Positions 38,946 to 48,499 of a stretch of 64,000 nt of DNA are shown here, piece by piece. This DNA is from Candidatus Aenigmatarchaeota archaeon. Its GTDB lineage: Archaea; Aenigmatarchaeota; Aenigmatarchaeia; QMZP01; QMZT01. The stretch is from positions 45,450 through 109,449 of the forward strand of contig JAPLVC010000007.1 in NCBI GenBank assembly GCA_026397315.1, in the 5' to 3' direction. The notes beneath the pieces were generated by a model, which was not told the DNA's origin, did not search any database, and worked only from the letters and a program-made list of their open reading frames with translations. The position numbers and the translations under genes were made by a program. Within the stretch, counting starts at the first letter, position 1; each line of letters starts with the position of its first letter.

Positions 38946-39850
38946 CTGGGGCCGTAAGCCATATTAGCGATGCGATACAGTCGGATGTAATTTTTGACAA
39001 ATTCTGGTCTGCGTCCAAGCGTGGATTTGGCCGCGGCTTCAAGGGCTTCACCATATTCCTCTGCATTTTCCAAAGACACGGAAAGCATGAAATGCGCGTT
39101 CACGTTTCTTCTATCCAATTCTGCCGCTTTTTTGAAAAACCCGGCGGCCTTCCTGTAGCATTCCGTGTTGCCAAAGCCCGCCCAGTTCAAACCTATGTTA
39201 TAGTAAATCTCAGAAACGCATTCCCGCCTGCTCAGCGTTCTTCGATAAACGCCGCATTTCACTTCTTTTTTCGCGGGCGAATTCATTTCCGCTTTTGTCG
39301 GCGAACCGGGCGGTCCCGCCCATCCAAAATATCCCCGATTGGATTGATAGTCTTCATATCCGCCGCCGTAATTAATCCATCTTATGTGAAAATGCTGCCC
39401 TTTGGTGCCTCTCGTTTTCACGCCAAAAACGGGCATGTGTTCGATATCGGCGACGTCAAGGTACAAAAAGCTGCTGGTATCGCAATCGAGCATCCCTTTT
39501 TCAAAACCTTCGCTCAGAAGAAGCACTCCATCTTCACTACCGTTGAAAACAAAGCTGAAAGGCTTTTCCCGGAGGGTCCTGTAAATCGTGTGGAGGTTTT
39601 TCGAACCGATGTGCGGGTCATACCTCTTGTGTATGACGTCTCTGAATCTTGACAGTTTATCCATTGCAGCATCGAAAACGAACTCACGCGGCGTGTTTCG
39701 TTTTTCAAGGGCAATTGCGTTCTCCGCGAACCCTTTCGCGCCGCTCTCATAAATGCCGGTTTCTGCATCGCGGCCGTAGCTTCCTATGGAAGGGAGCGCT
39801 AAAGACGCGGCGGCTAAAGCCACATCTTTTATGAAATTTCTCCTATTCAT
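38942..39850 (-). CDS. TAT-signal secreted protein with C-terminal TPR-like region, paralog B
   Basis: MNRRNFIKDVALAAASLALP twin-arginine signal; paralog of 38011..38886. Confidence 0.55.
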   Translation of the reverse strand: MNRRNFIKDVALAAASLALPSIGSYGRDAETGIYESGAKGFAENAIALEKRNTPREFVFDAAMDKLSRFRDVIHKRYDPHIGSKNLHTIYRTLREKPFSFVFNGSEDGVLLLSEGFEKGMLDCDTSSFLYLDVADIEHMPVFGVKTRGTKGQHFHIRWINYGGGYEDYQSNRGYFGWAGPPGSPTKAEMNSPAKKEVKCGVYRRTLSRRECVSEIYYNIGLNWAGFGNTECYRKAAGFFKKAAELDRRNVNAHFMLSVSLENAEEYGEALEAAAKSTLGRRPEFVKNYIRLYRIANMAYGPR

Positions 39851-39902
39851 CGAAAATACGGTTGCGGCAAGTTTTTTAACGGATGTTTGTGCTAGAAACC
39901 GG

Positions 39903-41453
39903 CTAGAAGTCCATTATTTTCAGCTGGCCGCGCTTCGGCTTTCTCGCACCAGAAGACTCTTCCTTCATCTCGTGCAGAGTGCGCTTCATTACGCCCTCTT
40001 TCTTCTGCGCGGTCCAGTAATACGCCTCGTCGCGCGTGCGCCTGGCGATGAGTATGACTATCCTGCCGACCTTCGTTCGTCCCACTCGTCCGCGCCGCTG
40101 TATCGAACGTATCTCGGAAGGCACGGGCTCGTAGAAAATAGCCAGTTCCATTTCCGGGATATCGATACCTTCTTCTCCGATCGAGGTCGTGACCAGCACG
40201 TTGTATGTGCCTTCCTTGAAGTCCTGTATGCGCTGCTTCTGCTCGAGCTGGGACATTCCCTCCTTCTGCCCCATGAACTCGCCCGGCACCGCGCCTTCGA
40301 CTGAAGCGAGCGACTTCACGATCTCCCTGACCATTTCCCTGTAATTCGCGAATATGATGATTTTGGAATCGGGCTTGCCGCGCAGCTGGCTGCTGACGAG
40401 CTCGCTGAGCTTGCCGATTTTGGGGTGCTTCCTTCCATCGGCCTCGAGCGCCTGGGCGAGCTCCATCGCTTTCTCGACCTTCTTGTCGCGCAATACGCTT
40501 TTCGACGACCTGGCCTTGTCCGACGACAGCTTCCTGAAGTAATTCCATAGCGACGTTATGCCCTGCGTTTCCAGAAGGCCCAGCGCGTGCTCGATTTTTA
40601 TGGCCTGCGCTACCAGCGAGACGCCCCAGAACTTCGTGTAGTCATGCGTCGGGCTCTGCATCAATTTTTGTTGTAACATTAGCAGGTCGCGCTTGCTTAT
40701 GATGCCGACGGGCTTCCTGAAGCCGACCTTGTGCAGTTTTTCGAGCCTTTCCATGTACGCGCGCTTGAGCGAATCGCGCAATCCCAAAAAATCGTCGGGC
40801 AGATCGACGTATACCCATTCCATCTTTTTCTCCTGAACCCACGACTCGACGTCATCGTCGCTCTCGGTGCGTATCTCCACGTCGCGTATGCCGAGGTTGT
40901 CCATTATCTCCTTTATCTTTGCTTTCGTCCCGCCAGGCGATGCCGTCAGTCCGAGTATCCTCTTGTTCTTAGCCTGTTCCGCATACGCCTTGGCTATGAA
41001 CGGATAAGCGTAGTCGCCAATCGAATGGTGCGCTTCATCGAAGACGAGGAGCGAAAAATCGGCGAGGTTTATGCGCCCCTCGGTCAGGTCGTTCTCTATC
41101 GTCTGAGGCGTGGCGAATATGATGCTTGCGCTTTTGTAAACCTCCTGCCTGCTCTCGGGCTTCATCTTGCCCGTGACCAGCACGAACGCTTCATCGGGCA
41201 GATCTATCACGCGCCTGAAAGAATGCAGATGCTGCTCGGTCAGCGGCCTTGTCGGAGCCATGACCAGAACTTTCGAGCCGGGGAACTTCTGCAGCCGGAA
41301 TACCGCCAGCACTATCGCTATGGGAGTCTTGCCCAATCCCGTTGGCAATACGCAGAGCAGGTCGCTAGCGACTGCGCGGCCGAGTATCGCTTCCTGATAC
41401 AGGCGCGACTCAAGCGTGTCCTTCTTTATCATCACATGCTCGATGAAAGCCAT
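39903..41453 (-). CDS. Hef/ERCC4-like superfamily 2 helicase (helicase domains only)
   Basis: RLYQ, PTGLGKT, DEAHH, GLTASPG, QRRGRVGR motifs; 516 aa with no nuclease domain. Confidence 0.7.
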   Translation of the reverse strand: MAFIEHVMIKKDTLESRLYQEAILGRAVASDLLCVLPTGLGKTPIAIVLAVFRLQKFPGSKVLVMAPTRPLTEQHLHSFRRVIDLPDEAFVLVTGKMKPESRQEVYKSASIIFATPQTIENDLTEGRINLADFSLLVFDEAHHSIGDYAYPFIAKAYAEQAKNKRILGLTASPGGTKAKIKEIMDNLGIRDVEIRTESDDDVESWVQEKKMEWVYVDLPDDFLGLRDSLKRAYMERLEKLHKVGFRKPVGIISKRDLLMLQQKLMQSPTHDYTKFWGVSLVAQAIKIEHALGLLETQGITSLWNYFRKLSSDKARSSKSVLRDKKVEKAMELAQALEADGRKHPKIGKLSELVSSQLRGKPDSKIIIFANYREMVREIVKSLASVEGAVPGEFMGQKEGMSQLEQKQRIQDFKEGTYNVLVTTSIGEEGIDIPEMELAIFYEPVPSEIRSIQRRGRVGRTKVGRIVILIARRTRDEAYYWTAQKKEGVMKRTLHEMKEESSGARKPKRGQLKIMDF

Positions 41454-41498
41454 AGTAATAGATTCACCAGAGGCTTATTATTTTAACGAGAATAAAAA

Positions 41499-42446
41499 TC
41501 AGCGGCTGAGCCACGGATACGCCTTCTTCACTCTGCGTATGAATTCGCCATGCTTGTGCGCGCCGAGTTCCGATATGACGCCGCTAATCATGTCAGGCCG
41601 TATGAGCTCGAAACACGGATTCGCTACTTTAACGCCGCGCGGCGCGGCGGGCCATACTTCCTTCGGACTGCGGCACTCGACTCCTTCCCCTTTTCCGCGC
41701 AGGTTGTCTGCATCGTATTTCCACGCGTCGCCGCAAACGTAAAGAGGCAGTTTGTGTTCGCTAGCGACGGACGCGAACATGCCGGAGCCGATCTTGTTGT
41801 ATACGCCGTCGCTGGTGAGCGCGTCGAAACCGATGAAAGCAACGTCACATTTTGCCAGCGCGACGCTCGCAGCAGAATCGACGAAATGCGTGACCTTTAT
41901 GCCGGCTTTGGACAGCTCTTGTGCCATCTTCCTGCCCTGAAACAACGGCCGCGCTTCCGTGTTGTAAACCTCGAAGCGCTTGCCCTGCTGCTTCGCTTTT
42001 TTGAGTATGCGCATGACCGTCGACGAATGGCAATGGGTGAAAATGATCATGCCGCTTTTGATTTTTTTAGCGGCTTCTTCAGCTATCGCCTCCTGCGCTT
42101 TTTCCATATGGGCCAGCGCCTCTGCGCGGGCACGGCTGAAATCTTTCCTGAGTTTTACGACGTCTTTGCTGCCAGCCACCAGAGAACTGGTGATGTAATT
42201 GAGGGCGTTCCTCATGAGCGGTTCTGTCGGACGGGTGGCGAAAAGCTCGCGCTTCGAGTTGTCGAGTTCGCACAAAAGTATTCTGCACGATTTGGCTTTC
42301 GAATTCGAAAATCTGCATGCCAGCGCCCTGACAGACGCTATAGCAACGCTCTCCGCGCCCTGGATATTTATGGCCTTTATGTCGCGGACTATCCTCTCGA
42401 AATCGTCCATATTAAGAAATTGCCGAGCCGGCTTATTACCTTTCAA
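41499..42446 (-). CDS. eIF-2B alpha/beta/delta family protein (translation initiation factor 2B-like / R15P isomerase family)
   Basis: 315 aa; Rossmann-like core GMIIFTHCHSSTV...VDSAASVALAKCDVAFIGFDALTSDG typical of the IF-2B family. Confidence 0.65.
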   Translation of the reverse strand: MKGNKPARQFLNMDDFERIVRDIKAINIQGAESVAIASVRALACRFSNSKAKSCRILLCELDNSKRELFATRPTEPLMRNALNYITSSLVAGSKDVVKLRKDFSRARAEALAHMEKAQEAIAEEAAKKIKSGMIIFTHCHSSTVMRILKKAKQQGKRFEVYNTEARPLFQGRKMAQELSKAGIKVTHFVDSAASVALAKCDVAFIGFDALTSDGVYNKIGSGMFASVASEHKLPLYVCGDAWKYDADNLRGKGEGVECRSPKEVWPAAPRGVKVANPCFELIRPDMISGVISELGAHKHGEFIRRVKKAYPWLSR

Positions 42447-43033
42447 TCTTTGATCTTTGGTTTATCATCTTTCGCCGGCTTGACCTTGAGCCCGATGCTT
42501 TGGAGCCGTTTCCTGAAGTTGTTAAGCGCAGTGTTGATGTCCTCGAGGCTGCGGCCGCCCGTGCAGATTATCTTGCCGGAACCGAACAGCAGGAACGCCG
42601 TTCTCGGACTCTTCATCCTGTAAACGAGGCCGGGGAACTGCTCTGGCTCGTACTCCACTTCCTCGAGAGACATGGCTATTTCCTCGAGCATGAGCCTCGG
42701 CTTGACATCGATTTTCGTCGACGCGACGATGTTCTCGATGGTTATGTTGAACTTGGTCGGCATGGCCGTTCCCGTCTTCTTTATGTCCAGAACGATTTTC
42801 CTCATGGCTTCTTTCGACATGGCTATGCTTTTCGCTCCGGTGCACACGATTTTACCGGAAGAGAATATCAGCGCCGCTGCGCGCGGGTCCTTTATCCTGT
42901 ACACAAGGCCCGGGAACTGCTCTGGCTCGTACTCGGTATTCTCCATCTTTTCGACGAGCTTGTTGAGCACTATTCTTTTGCCCAAAACGGCAAACGCCAC
43001 GACGTTTTCGACTTTAATATGAAATTCTACCAT
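42443..43033 (-). CDS. tbp: TATA-box binding protein
   Basis: Two direct TBP repeats (ENVVAFAVLGKRIVLNKL... and ENIVASTKIDVKPRLMLEEI...); 196 aa. Confidence 0.85.
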   Translation of the reverse strand: MVEFHIKVENVVAFAVLGKRIVLNKLVEKMENTEYEPEQFPGLVYRIKDPRAAALIFSSGKIVCTGAKSIAMSKEAMRKIVLDIKKTGTAMPTKFNITIENIVASTKIDVKPRLMLEEIAMSLEEVEYEPEQFPGLVYRMKSPRTAFLLFGSGKIICTGGRSLEDINTALNNFRKRLQSIGLKVKPAKDDKPKIKD

Positions 43034-43096
43034 AGAAATGCACCTTTAATTAATTATAGAGCATAAGTCACATAAATACTCTTTATAAACCCCTTC

Positions 43097-44374
43097 TCAT
43101 TTGCCGTGCCTGAAAAGAAGCTGCTGTTTAGCGTTTTTCTGGGCGCCGCTCTCCTTCTCCCGGAGCCTGGAAACAAGTTCAATAGCTCTATCGGTTTTCC
43201 CTTCAACGAGCAACTCGAACACGCCATCGAACGTCTTCGGGTCGAGGCCTGCCTTGACTAGGTTCTCGGCAAGTATTTTCCTGCCCATCTCCTCGACCGA
43301 GAGCTTATGCTCCTCGAGAGTTTTAGTCGGAAGCGACTCGCTATCGACAGTCGCCTTTCTTATGGAAAGAATCGCCTTGCCTCCGAACTTCATTTCCATG
43401 TCAGGCGCTAGCGTATCCCTGACTTTCCCTTTCAAGTCGATTCTTATGAGCGGCTTCTTGTCGTGCTTTTCCGCGAGTATTCGCTCCAGTTCCTTCTCGA
43501 CTGCTTCATGCGTCGGATTCTCGAACGTCCGGACATACGTTTTCCTCTGGTTTTCCAGCTCGACCCAGTATATGCTCATGCCGTTCGCCTCGAACGTTTT
43601 TTTCGCTTTCGGCGCGTCGCTGGTTATGTCGCGCACTGAAGTCTCGGCTATCCAGAATCCCTTCGGCTTTTCCGATTCTTCCTTCAGCTGCGTGGGGAAA
43701 AGCGAGCCTGAAAGGAGGAACGGCTTTCCCGCATAATCGGCCTGCTTCGCCTCGTGTATGTGGCCGTTGACATACAAATCGAAGCCCTTCGGCAGTTTAT
43801 GCATGTCCAGCGTGTGCTGCGCGTAAAGGAACTGCGCGATCGACTGGTGGAGGACGAATATGTTGAAGCAGCCGTGCTCGGGCGCGGCGCTCCAGTTGGA
43901 CAATACGCTTTCCGCATACTGGTCAGGCACGCCAGAAAGCCCGTGTATCGCGATGCGTTCGCCGTCCTTCTCGAATATGACGCCGTTGCAGTGGAGGTAA
44001 ACCACGAAGCCCGCCTTCTCAAGCGCTTCTACGGGATTCAGCAGTCCTTTGGTCCGCCGCTCGTGCGTGCCGTGTATCGCGACGATAGGGATGCCCATCA
44101 GCGCGGTCTCGGGAACCTTGGAAATGTCCTTGCCGATGCCTTGGATGAGCTTTATGTCGTTCTGGCGCAGAAGAAGGGGTATCATCAGCTCCATCGCTTT
44201 TGTGAGCGTCTCGGCATCCGGGTCGCGCGTGTCGAAGAGGTCGCCCGCGAATATCGCCAGGTCGCAGTCCTTCGCTTTATCGACCGCCTCGTGGAAGGCG
44301 TCGTACGGGTCATTCGCCCGTTCTCCGCCCGCTCCGTAGCCGAAATGGAAATCCGACATTATCGCGATTCTCAT
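43097..44374 (-). CDS. mre11: Mre11-like DNA repair metallophosphoesterase
   Basis: Motifs SDFH, GDLFD, HGTHE, HGL, GHIHE; 425 aa; no rad50 adjacent. Confidence 0.7.
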   Translation of the reverse strand: MRIAIMSDFHFGYGAGGERANDPYDAFHEAVDKAKDCDLAIFAGDLFDTRDPDAETLTKAMELMIPLLLRQNDIKLIQGIGKDISKVPETALMGIPIVAIHGTHERRTKGLLNPVEALEKAGFVVYLHCNGVIFEKDGERIAIHGLSGVPDQYAESVLSNWSAAPEHGCFNIFVLHQSIAQFLYAQHTLDMHKLPKGFDLYVNGHIHEAKQADYAGKPFLLSGSLFPTQLKEESEKPKGFWIAETSVRDITSDAPKAKKTFEANGMSIYWVELENQRKTYVRTFENPTHEAVEKELERILAEKHDKKPLIRIDLKGKVRDTLAPDMEMKFGGKAILSIRKATVDSESLPTKTLEEHKLSVEEMGRKILAENLVKAGLDPKTFDGVFELLVEGKTDRAIELVSRLREKESGAQKNAKQQLLFRHGK

Positions 44375-44491
44375 GGAATGTATTTGACTCTGTTAATTAA
44401 ATTTCTGATTTGATAATTGCGGGAAGAAATGCTGGGAAAAGCTGCTTATTTAAAATTTAACCACAAGAATGAAGAAAGCGGAGGTGTGCTG

Positions 44492-44839
44492 ATGCCTGTA
44501 AAATTAGTTACGGATGACAATACCAACGGAGTCGTACCGATTCTTATAGAATTGTATAAAGGCGCTGGTAAAAACCCTCAATATATTTACACTGGCGTGG
44601 ACGGAATCGTCCCTAAAAATTACGATGAAGGGCAAATAATGGACTGGAAGACGGGAGAAACGCTCGCGACAATAGGCCTTCCCGGAAATTTACCGCCCGA
44701 GCTCAAAAGGAATTATCTGCCATCCAATTCAAGAATTGTAGAAATTAACCCGGAAATCGACAAGGAAGGCGACGTTTTTCAGGGATTGGTAAAAAGGCTG
44801 TTGGGCAGGAATGTATTCGTGGATGCCGCGATGTGCTAA
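44492..44839 (+). CDS. Hypothetical small protein (115 aa)
   Basis: GGAGGTG RBS 6 nt upstream of the internal ATG; no TM or signal peptide; AT-richer block. Confidence 0.35.
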   Translation: MPVKLVTDDNTNGVVPILIELYKGAGKNPQYIYTGVDGIVPKNYDEGQIMDWKTGETLATIGLPGNLPPELKRNYLPSNSRIVEINPEIDKEGDVFQGLVKRLLGRNVFVDAAMC

Positions 44840-44908
44840 TTTCACGGATAGTTAACAATATAAATCTTTCACTATTAGTAAATAATAACACAATCGAGGA
44901 GGATGCTT

Positions 44909-45109
44909 ATGCCAGTAAAAAAATATCAGGGTCAGGATGTTGCAAAACCCGTGGAAATGAATCCTTACCTTTCGCCTGCACCTGGTTGCATGACACAAAT
45001 ATCCAATTACTTAGCGGAAAATATTTCTGGCGGATGGCCGCCAAAGACGAAAATACAAACAAATATGCAAGAAATTCAGACAGAAACAGTAGAAACAATT
45101 GCGCCGTGA
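44909..45109 (+). CDS. Hypothetical small protein (66 aa)
   Basis: GAGGAGGA RBS; N-terminus MPVK like the preceding ORF. Confidence 0.3.
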   Translation: MPVKKYQGQDVAKPVEMNPYLSPAPGCMTQISNYLAENISGGWPPKTKIQTNMQEIQTETVETIAP

Positions 45110-45143
45110 CGTAATTAGGATCTAAAAAAGAGGTGGATGTAAT

Positions 45144-45389
45144 ATGAGTAATGAGAAAGTCACTGTTCAAAAAATATTAAATTATCTTAAAATGAAAGGT
45201 TATAACCCAGAAAAGTGTTACATGGGAGTTCATCCCCAAATTGGTGGAGTTGTTTGTGAGGCAGACGCTACAATAATAGCAACTCTAAGTGAAATAGAAG
45301 CATCGCCTGAAAAAACATTTAAATCCAAAGGCCTCTCCGCATCAGGACAACTGGAAGGCGGACAACCACACGATGTCATAGGCTGTTAA
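45144..45389 (+). CDS. Hypothetical small protein (81 aa)
   Basis: AGAGGTGGA RBS; 4-nt convergent overlap with the kae1 stop. Confidence 0.35.
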   Translation: MSNEKVTVQKILNYLKMKGYNPEKCYMGVHPQIGGVVCEADATIIATLSEIEASPEKTFKSKGLSASGQLEGGQPHDVIGC

Positions 45390-46381
45390 TTTTTAAGCCA
45401 AGATATCTCCACGTCGTCCGTGCGCCAGCGCGGGTCTATGCCGGCATCTTCCGGCTTTATTTTTTGTCCCGGTTTATTAGCGAGTATCCCAGTCCAGCTA
45501 ATCATGGCGCCGTTGTCGCCAGCGAACTCGCGGGGCACGACCTTAAATCGCGCGTTACGCTCCTCGCACATTTTATTTAGCATTTCCTGAAGGCGCATGT
45601 TCGCCGCGACGCCGCCCGTCAGAAGGACCTGGTCCTTGCCGAGATGCGCCAGTGCGCGCTCGGTGACTTCCGTCAGCATGGAAAAGAAGACTTCCTGCAT
45701 CGAATAACATATGTCTTCCAGTGGCTCGCCTTTCTGGTGTTTTCTTATGCATTCGGTAACGATGCCGGAGAAGGAAAGGTCCATTCCCTTGACGACGTAC
45801 GGGAGCTCCGTCCATTTGCCGTTCTTGGCGAGTTGCTCTATCTTCGGCGCCTGCGGGAAGTCGAGGCCGACCTCGCGGCCGAACTTGTCCAGCGCGTTTC
45901 CGACGCCGATGTCCATGCATTCGCCAAAGACTCTGTACTTGCCTTCCGCGAAAGAGATTATCTGAGTGTTGCCACCGGAAACGTAAACGACGACCGGGTT
46001 CTCGAAGCCGCACGTGAGCCTTCCGATTTCAATATGCGCTATGCAATGGTTGACAGGCACTAGCGGCACCGAATGCTTTTCTGCCAATTCCTTTGCTAGT
46101 TCGGCTCCCTTGTGCAGGCACGGCGGCAGGCCGGGCCCGCGCGAATACGCGATCAGCCCGATGTCTTCGATTTTCAGGTTCGCTTTCTCCAGCGCCGCGC
46201 TGAGGACGGAATGCTTCGCTTCTTCGTGATGCTTGCCCGCGTCCATGGGTATTATGCCCCAGCCAGCTTTTGGTTTGTAAATCGAGCGCTCGTTAGCTAG
46301 CACTTTCCCTTTATCATCGCATATGCCGATGCCGAACGTGTGCGCGGTCGCCTCGATGCCCAAGCAAATCATGAATCTCAA
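45386..46381 (-). CDS. kae1: tRNA N6-adenosine threonylcarbamoyltransferase Kae1
   Basis: Kae1/TsaD family N-terminus MICLGIEATAHTFGIGI, His metal-site motifs; 331 aa. Confidence 0.85.
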   Translation of the reverse strand: MRFMICLGIEATAHTFGIGICDDKGKVLANERSIYKPKAGWGIIPMDAGKHHEEAKHSVLSAALEKANLKIEDIGLIAYSRGPGLPPCLHKGAELAKELAEKHSVPLVPVNHCIAHIEIGRLTCGFENPVVVYVSGGNTQIISFAEGKYRVFGECMDIGVGNALDKFGREVGLDFPQAPKIEQLAKNGKWTELPYVVKGMDLSFSGIVTECIRKHQKGEPLEDICYSMQEVFFSMLTEVTERALAHLGKDQVLLTGGVAANMRLQEMLNKMCEERNARFKVVPREFAGDNGAMISWTGILANKPGQKIKPEDAGIDPRWRTDDVEISWLKN

Positions 46382-46425
46382 TTGTCTTCCGTGCTTATAA
46401 AAAAGGGCGCGGCCAAAAGGATAAT

Positions 46426-46689
46426 ATGACGCCGCTTGAAATCGAAATCCTGGGCTACATCGCGGGCGGTATAATAGCCGTCGCTCTGATTCCCCAGGTC
46501 ATAAAATCGTGGCGCACCAAATGCACCAAAGACATCTCTGTCGCGTGGACTTTGTTCTATCTGGCGGGGCTCGTGTTTTTCGAGATATACGCTATAGGCA
46601 TAACCAGCATACCGTTGATGATAACCAATGTAATAGAAATAGCGCTCACCGGTTCACTGCTTTACATGGAGTTCAGGTACGGCAGGTGA
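46426..46689 (+). CDS. Hypothetical small membrane protein (87 aa)
   Basis: Three hydrophobic helices. Confidence 0.3.
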   Translation: MTPLEIEILGYIAGGIIAVALIPQVIKSWRTKCTKDISVAWTLFYLAGLVFFEIYAIGITSIPLMITNVIEIALTGSLLYMEFRYGR

Positions 46690-46741
46690 ACTGGAAACAA
46701 GTTATAAACAGTATAGTACATACATTAAAGAGCGATAGCTT

Positions 46742-48451
46742 ATGATTTCAAATGAACCATTACCTGAAGGGCAGCAATACGACGTCATAATCGTGACCGG
46801 CGATGCGTACGCAGACCACCCGCTATGCGGCGCGGCCGTGATTGCGCGCGTCCTTGAAGACAAAGGTTATACCGTCGGCATAATAGAGACGCCCGACTGG
46901 CTCAGGGACAGCGAGTTCACCAAGCTCGGCGAGCCGCGCCTTTTCTTCGGCATAACAGCCGGCGCGATGGACAGCATGATTGACAACTACACGCCGCTGA
47001 TAAAGGAGCGCGAGGACGACGAGCACAGGCGCTACATCCCGCGCAAGCCCGACCGCGCGATAATAGTCTACGCGAACATGATACGGCGCAACTACAAGAA
47101 AACGCCGCTCGTTCTCGGAGGCGTCGAGTCGTCGCTTCGCCGCTTCGCGCATTTCGATTACTGGAGCAACAAACTCAGGCGTTCGCTTCTGCCCGAGTCG
47201 CGCGCGGACATACTGGCTTACGGGAACGCCGAGCATGCAGTCGTCGAGATAGCGAGACGCATCGAAAGCGGTAAGCCGCTCGACGGCATCGAAGGGACGT
47301 GCGTCGCCAGAAACGTCGCGCCTCACGGTTTCAAGACCATGCCCAGTTTCGACGAAGTCTCAGCAGACAAGAAAAAATTCTGCAGGATGCAAATCATGAT
47401 AAACAATGACGACTATCTTGCGCAGAAAACCGGGGACAAGTTCATCCTGCAATACAAGAGCCATCGTTATACGACGGAGGAACTGGACCATGTTTACGAA
47501 CTGCCATATTCGCGCGACATTCCCGAAAATGCAGATTATCTGAGGGGCATGCAGTTCAGCGTCGTGACGCACAGGGGTTGCATAGGCAACTGCAGCTTCT
47601 GTTCGATAGCGCTGCATCAGGGCACGCGCATCGTCTCGCGCTCGGAGGCTTCGATACTGCGCGAGATTGCTTTGCTGACACAACACAAGGATTTCAAGGG
47701 ATATATCGACGACCTCGGCGGACCGTCGGCGAACATGTACGGCATGGACTGCCGCGCATGCAGACGCAATTGCATGGTATGCGACCACCTTGACCGCAGC
47801 CATGCGAAGCTTATCATGCTCATGGAGAAAGCGAGACAGATACCCGGCGTGAAAAAGATATTCGTGCGCTCGGGCATACGCTACGACCTTGCCCTCGAAT
47901 CGAGGCAATACATAAAAGAGATATCGAAGTATCACGTATCAGGCTATCTTAAAATCGCTCCGGAGCACTGCAGCCCGCACGTTTTGAAGCTCATGAACAA
48001 GCATCTTCCTGGAGCGCTCGACAAATTCGTCTCCATTTTCAAAGAGATAAACAATTCCACAGGTCAGACGCTGAAATACTACGTCATAGCCGCCCATCCG
48101 GGCAGCACGCAGAAGGAAAACGAGGAGCTCAGGAAATTCATAGAGAAGGTCGGCAGAGACGCTATAGTACAGACTTTCACTCCCACGCCGATGAGCCTGA
48201 GCACCTGCATGTATTATACTGGCATGGACCCGAAGACGTTGCAGCCGGTATACGTGCCGCGCGGCTTCAGGGACAAGAAGGAACAAAAGACGGAACTGCT
48301 GGACGCGATGCGCGGCTTCACGAAACGCAGGCAGGACCACAAGTCTGGGCACGGCTTTCGCCAAGGCCCGCAGAGAGGCGGCGGCCAGAAGTTTCAGGTG
48401 CGCCGCAAAGGACGCGGCCGCCATGGCGGCAGGACCAATAAAATGTTTTAA
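46742..48451 (+). CDS. YgiQ-family (UPF0313) radical SAM protein
   Basis: N-terminal YgiQ domain (DVIIVTGDAYADHP) and CIGNCSFCS radical SAM cluster; 569 aa with a basic tail. Confidence 0.75.
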   Translation: MISNEPLPEGQQYDVIIVTGDAYADHPLCGAAVIARVLEDKGYTVGIIETPDWLRDSEFTKLGEPRLFFGITAGAMDSMIDNYTPLIKEREDDEHRRYIPRKPDRAIIVYANMIRRNYKKTPLVLGGVESSLRRFAHFDYWSNKLRRSLLPESRADILAYGNAEHAVVEIARRIESGKPLDGIEGTCVARNVAPHGFKTMPSFDEVSADKKKFCRMQIMINNDDYLAQKTGDKFILQYKSHRYTTEELDHVYELPYSRDIPENADYLRGMQFSVVTHRGCIGNCSFCSIALHQGTRIVSRSEASILREIALLTQHKDFKGYIDDLGGPSANMYGMDCRACRRNCMVCDHLDRSHAKLIMLMEKARQIPGVKKIFVRSGIRYDLALESRQYIKEISKYHVSGYLKIAPEHCSPHVLKLMNKHLPGALDKFVSIFKEINNSTGQTLKYYVIAAHPGSTQKENEELRKFIEKVGRDAIVQTFTPTPMSLSTCMYYTGMDPKTLQPVYVPRGFRDKKEQKTELLDAMRGFTKRRQDHKSGHGFRQGPQRGGGQKFQVRRKGRGRHGGRTNKMF

Positions 48452-48499
48452 AACCGCGAACCGAATTAGGAATATCAAAACCCTTTTGTATGGTGTTTT

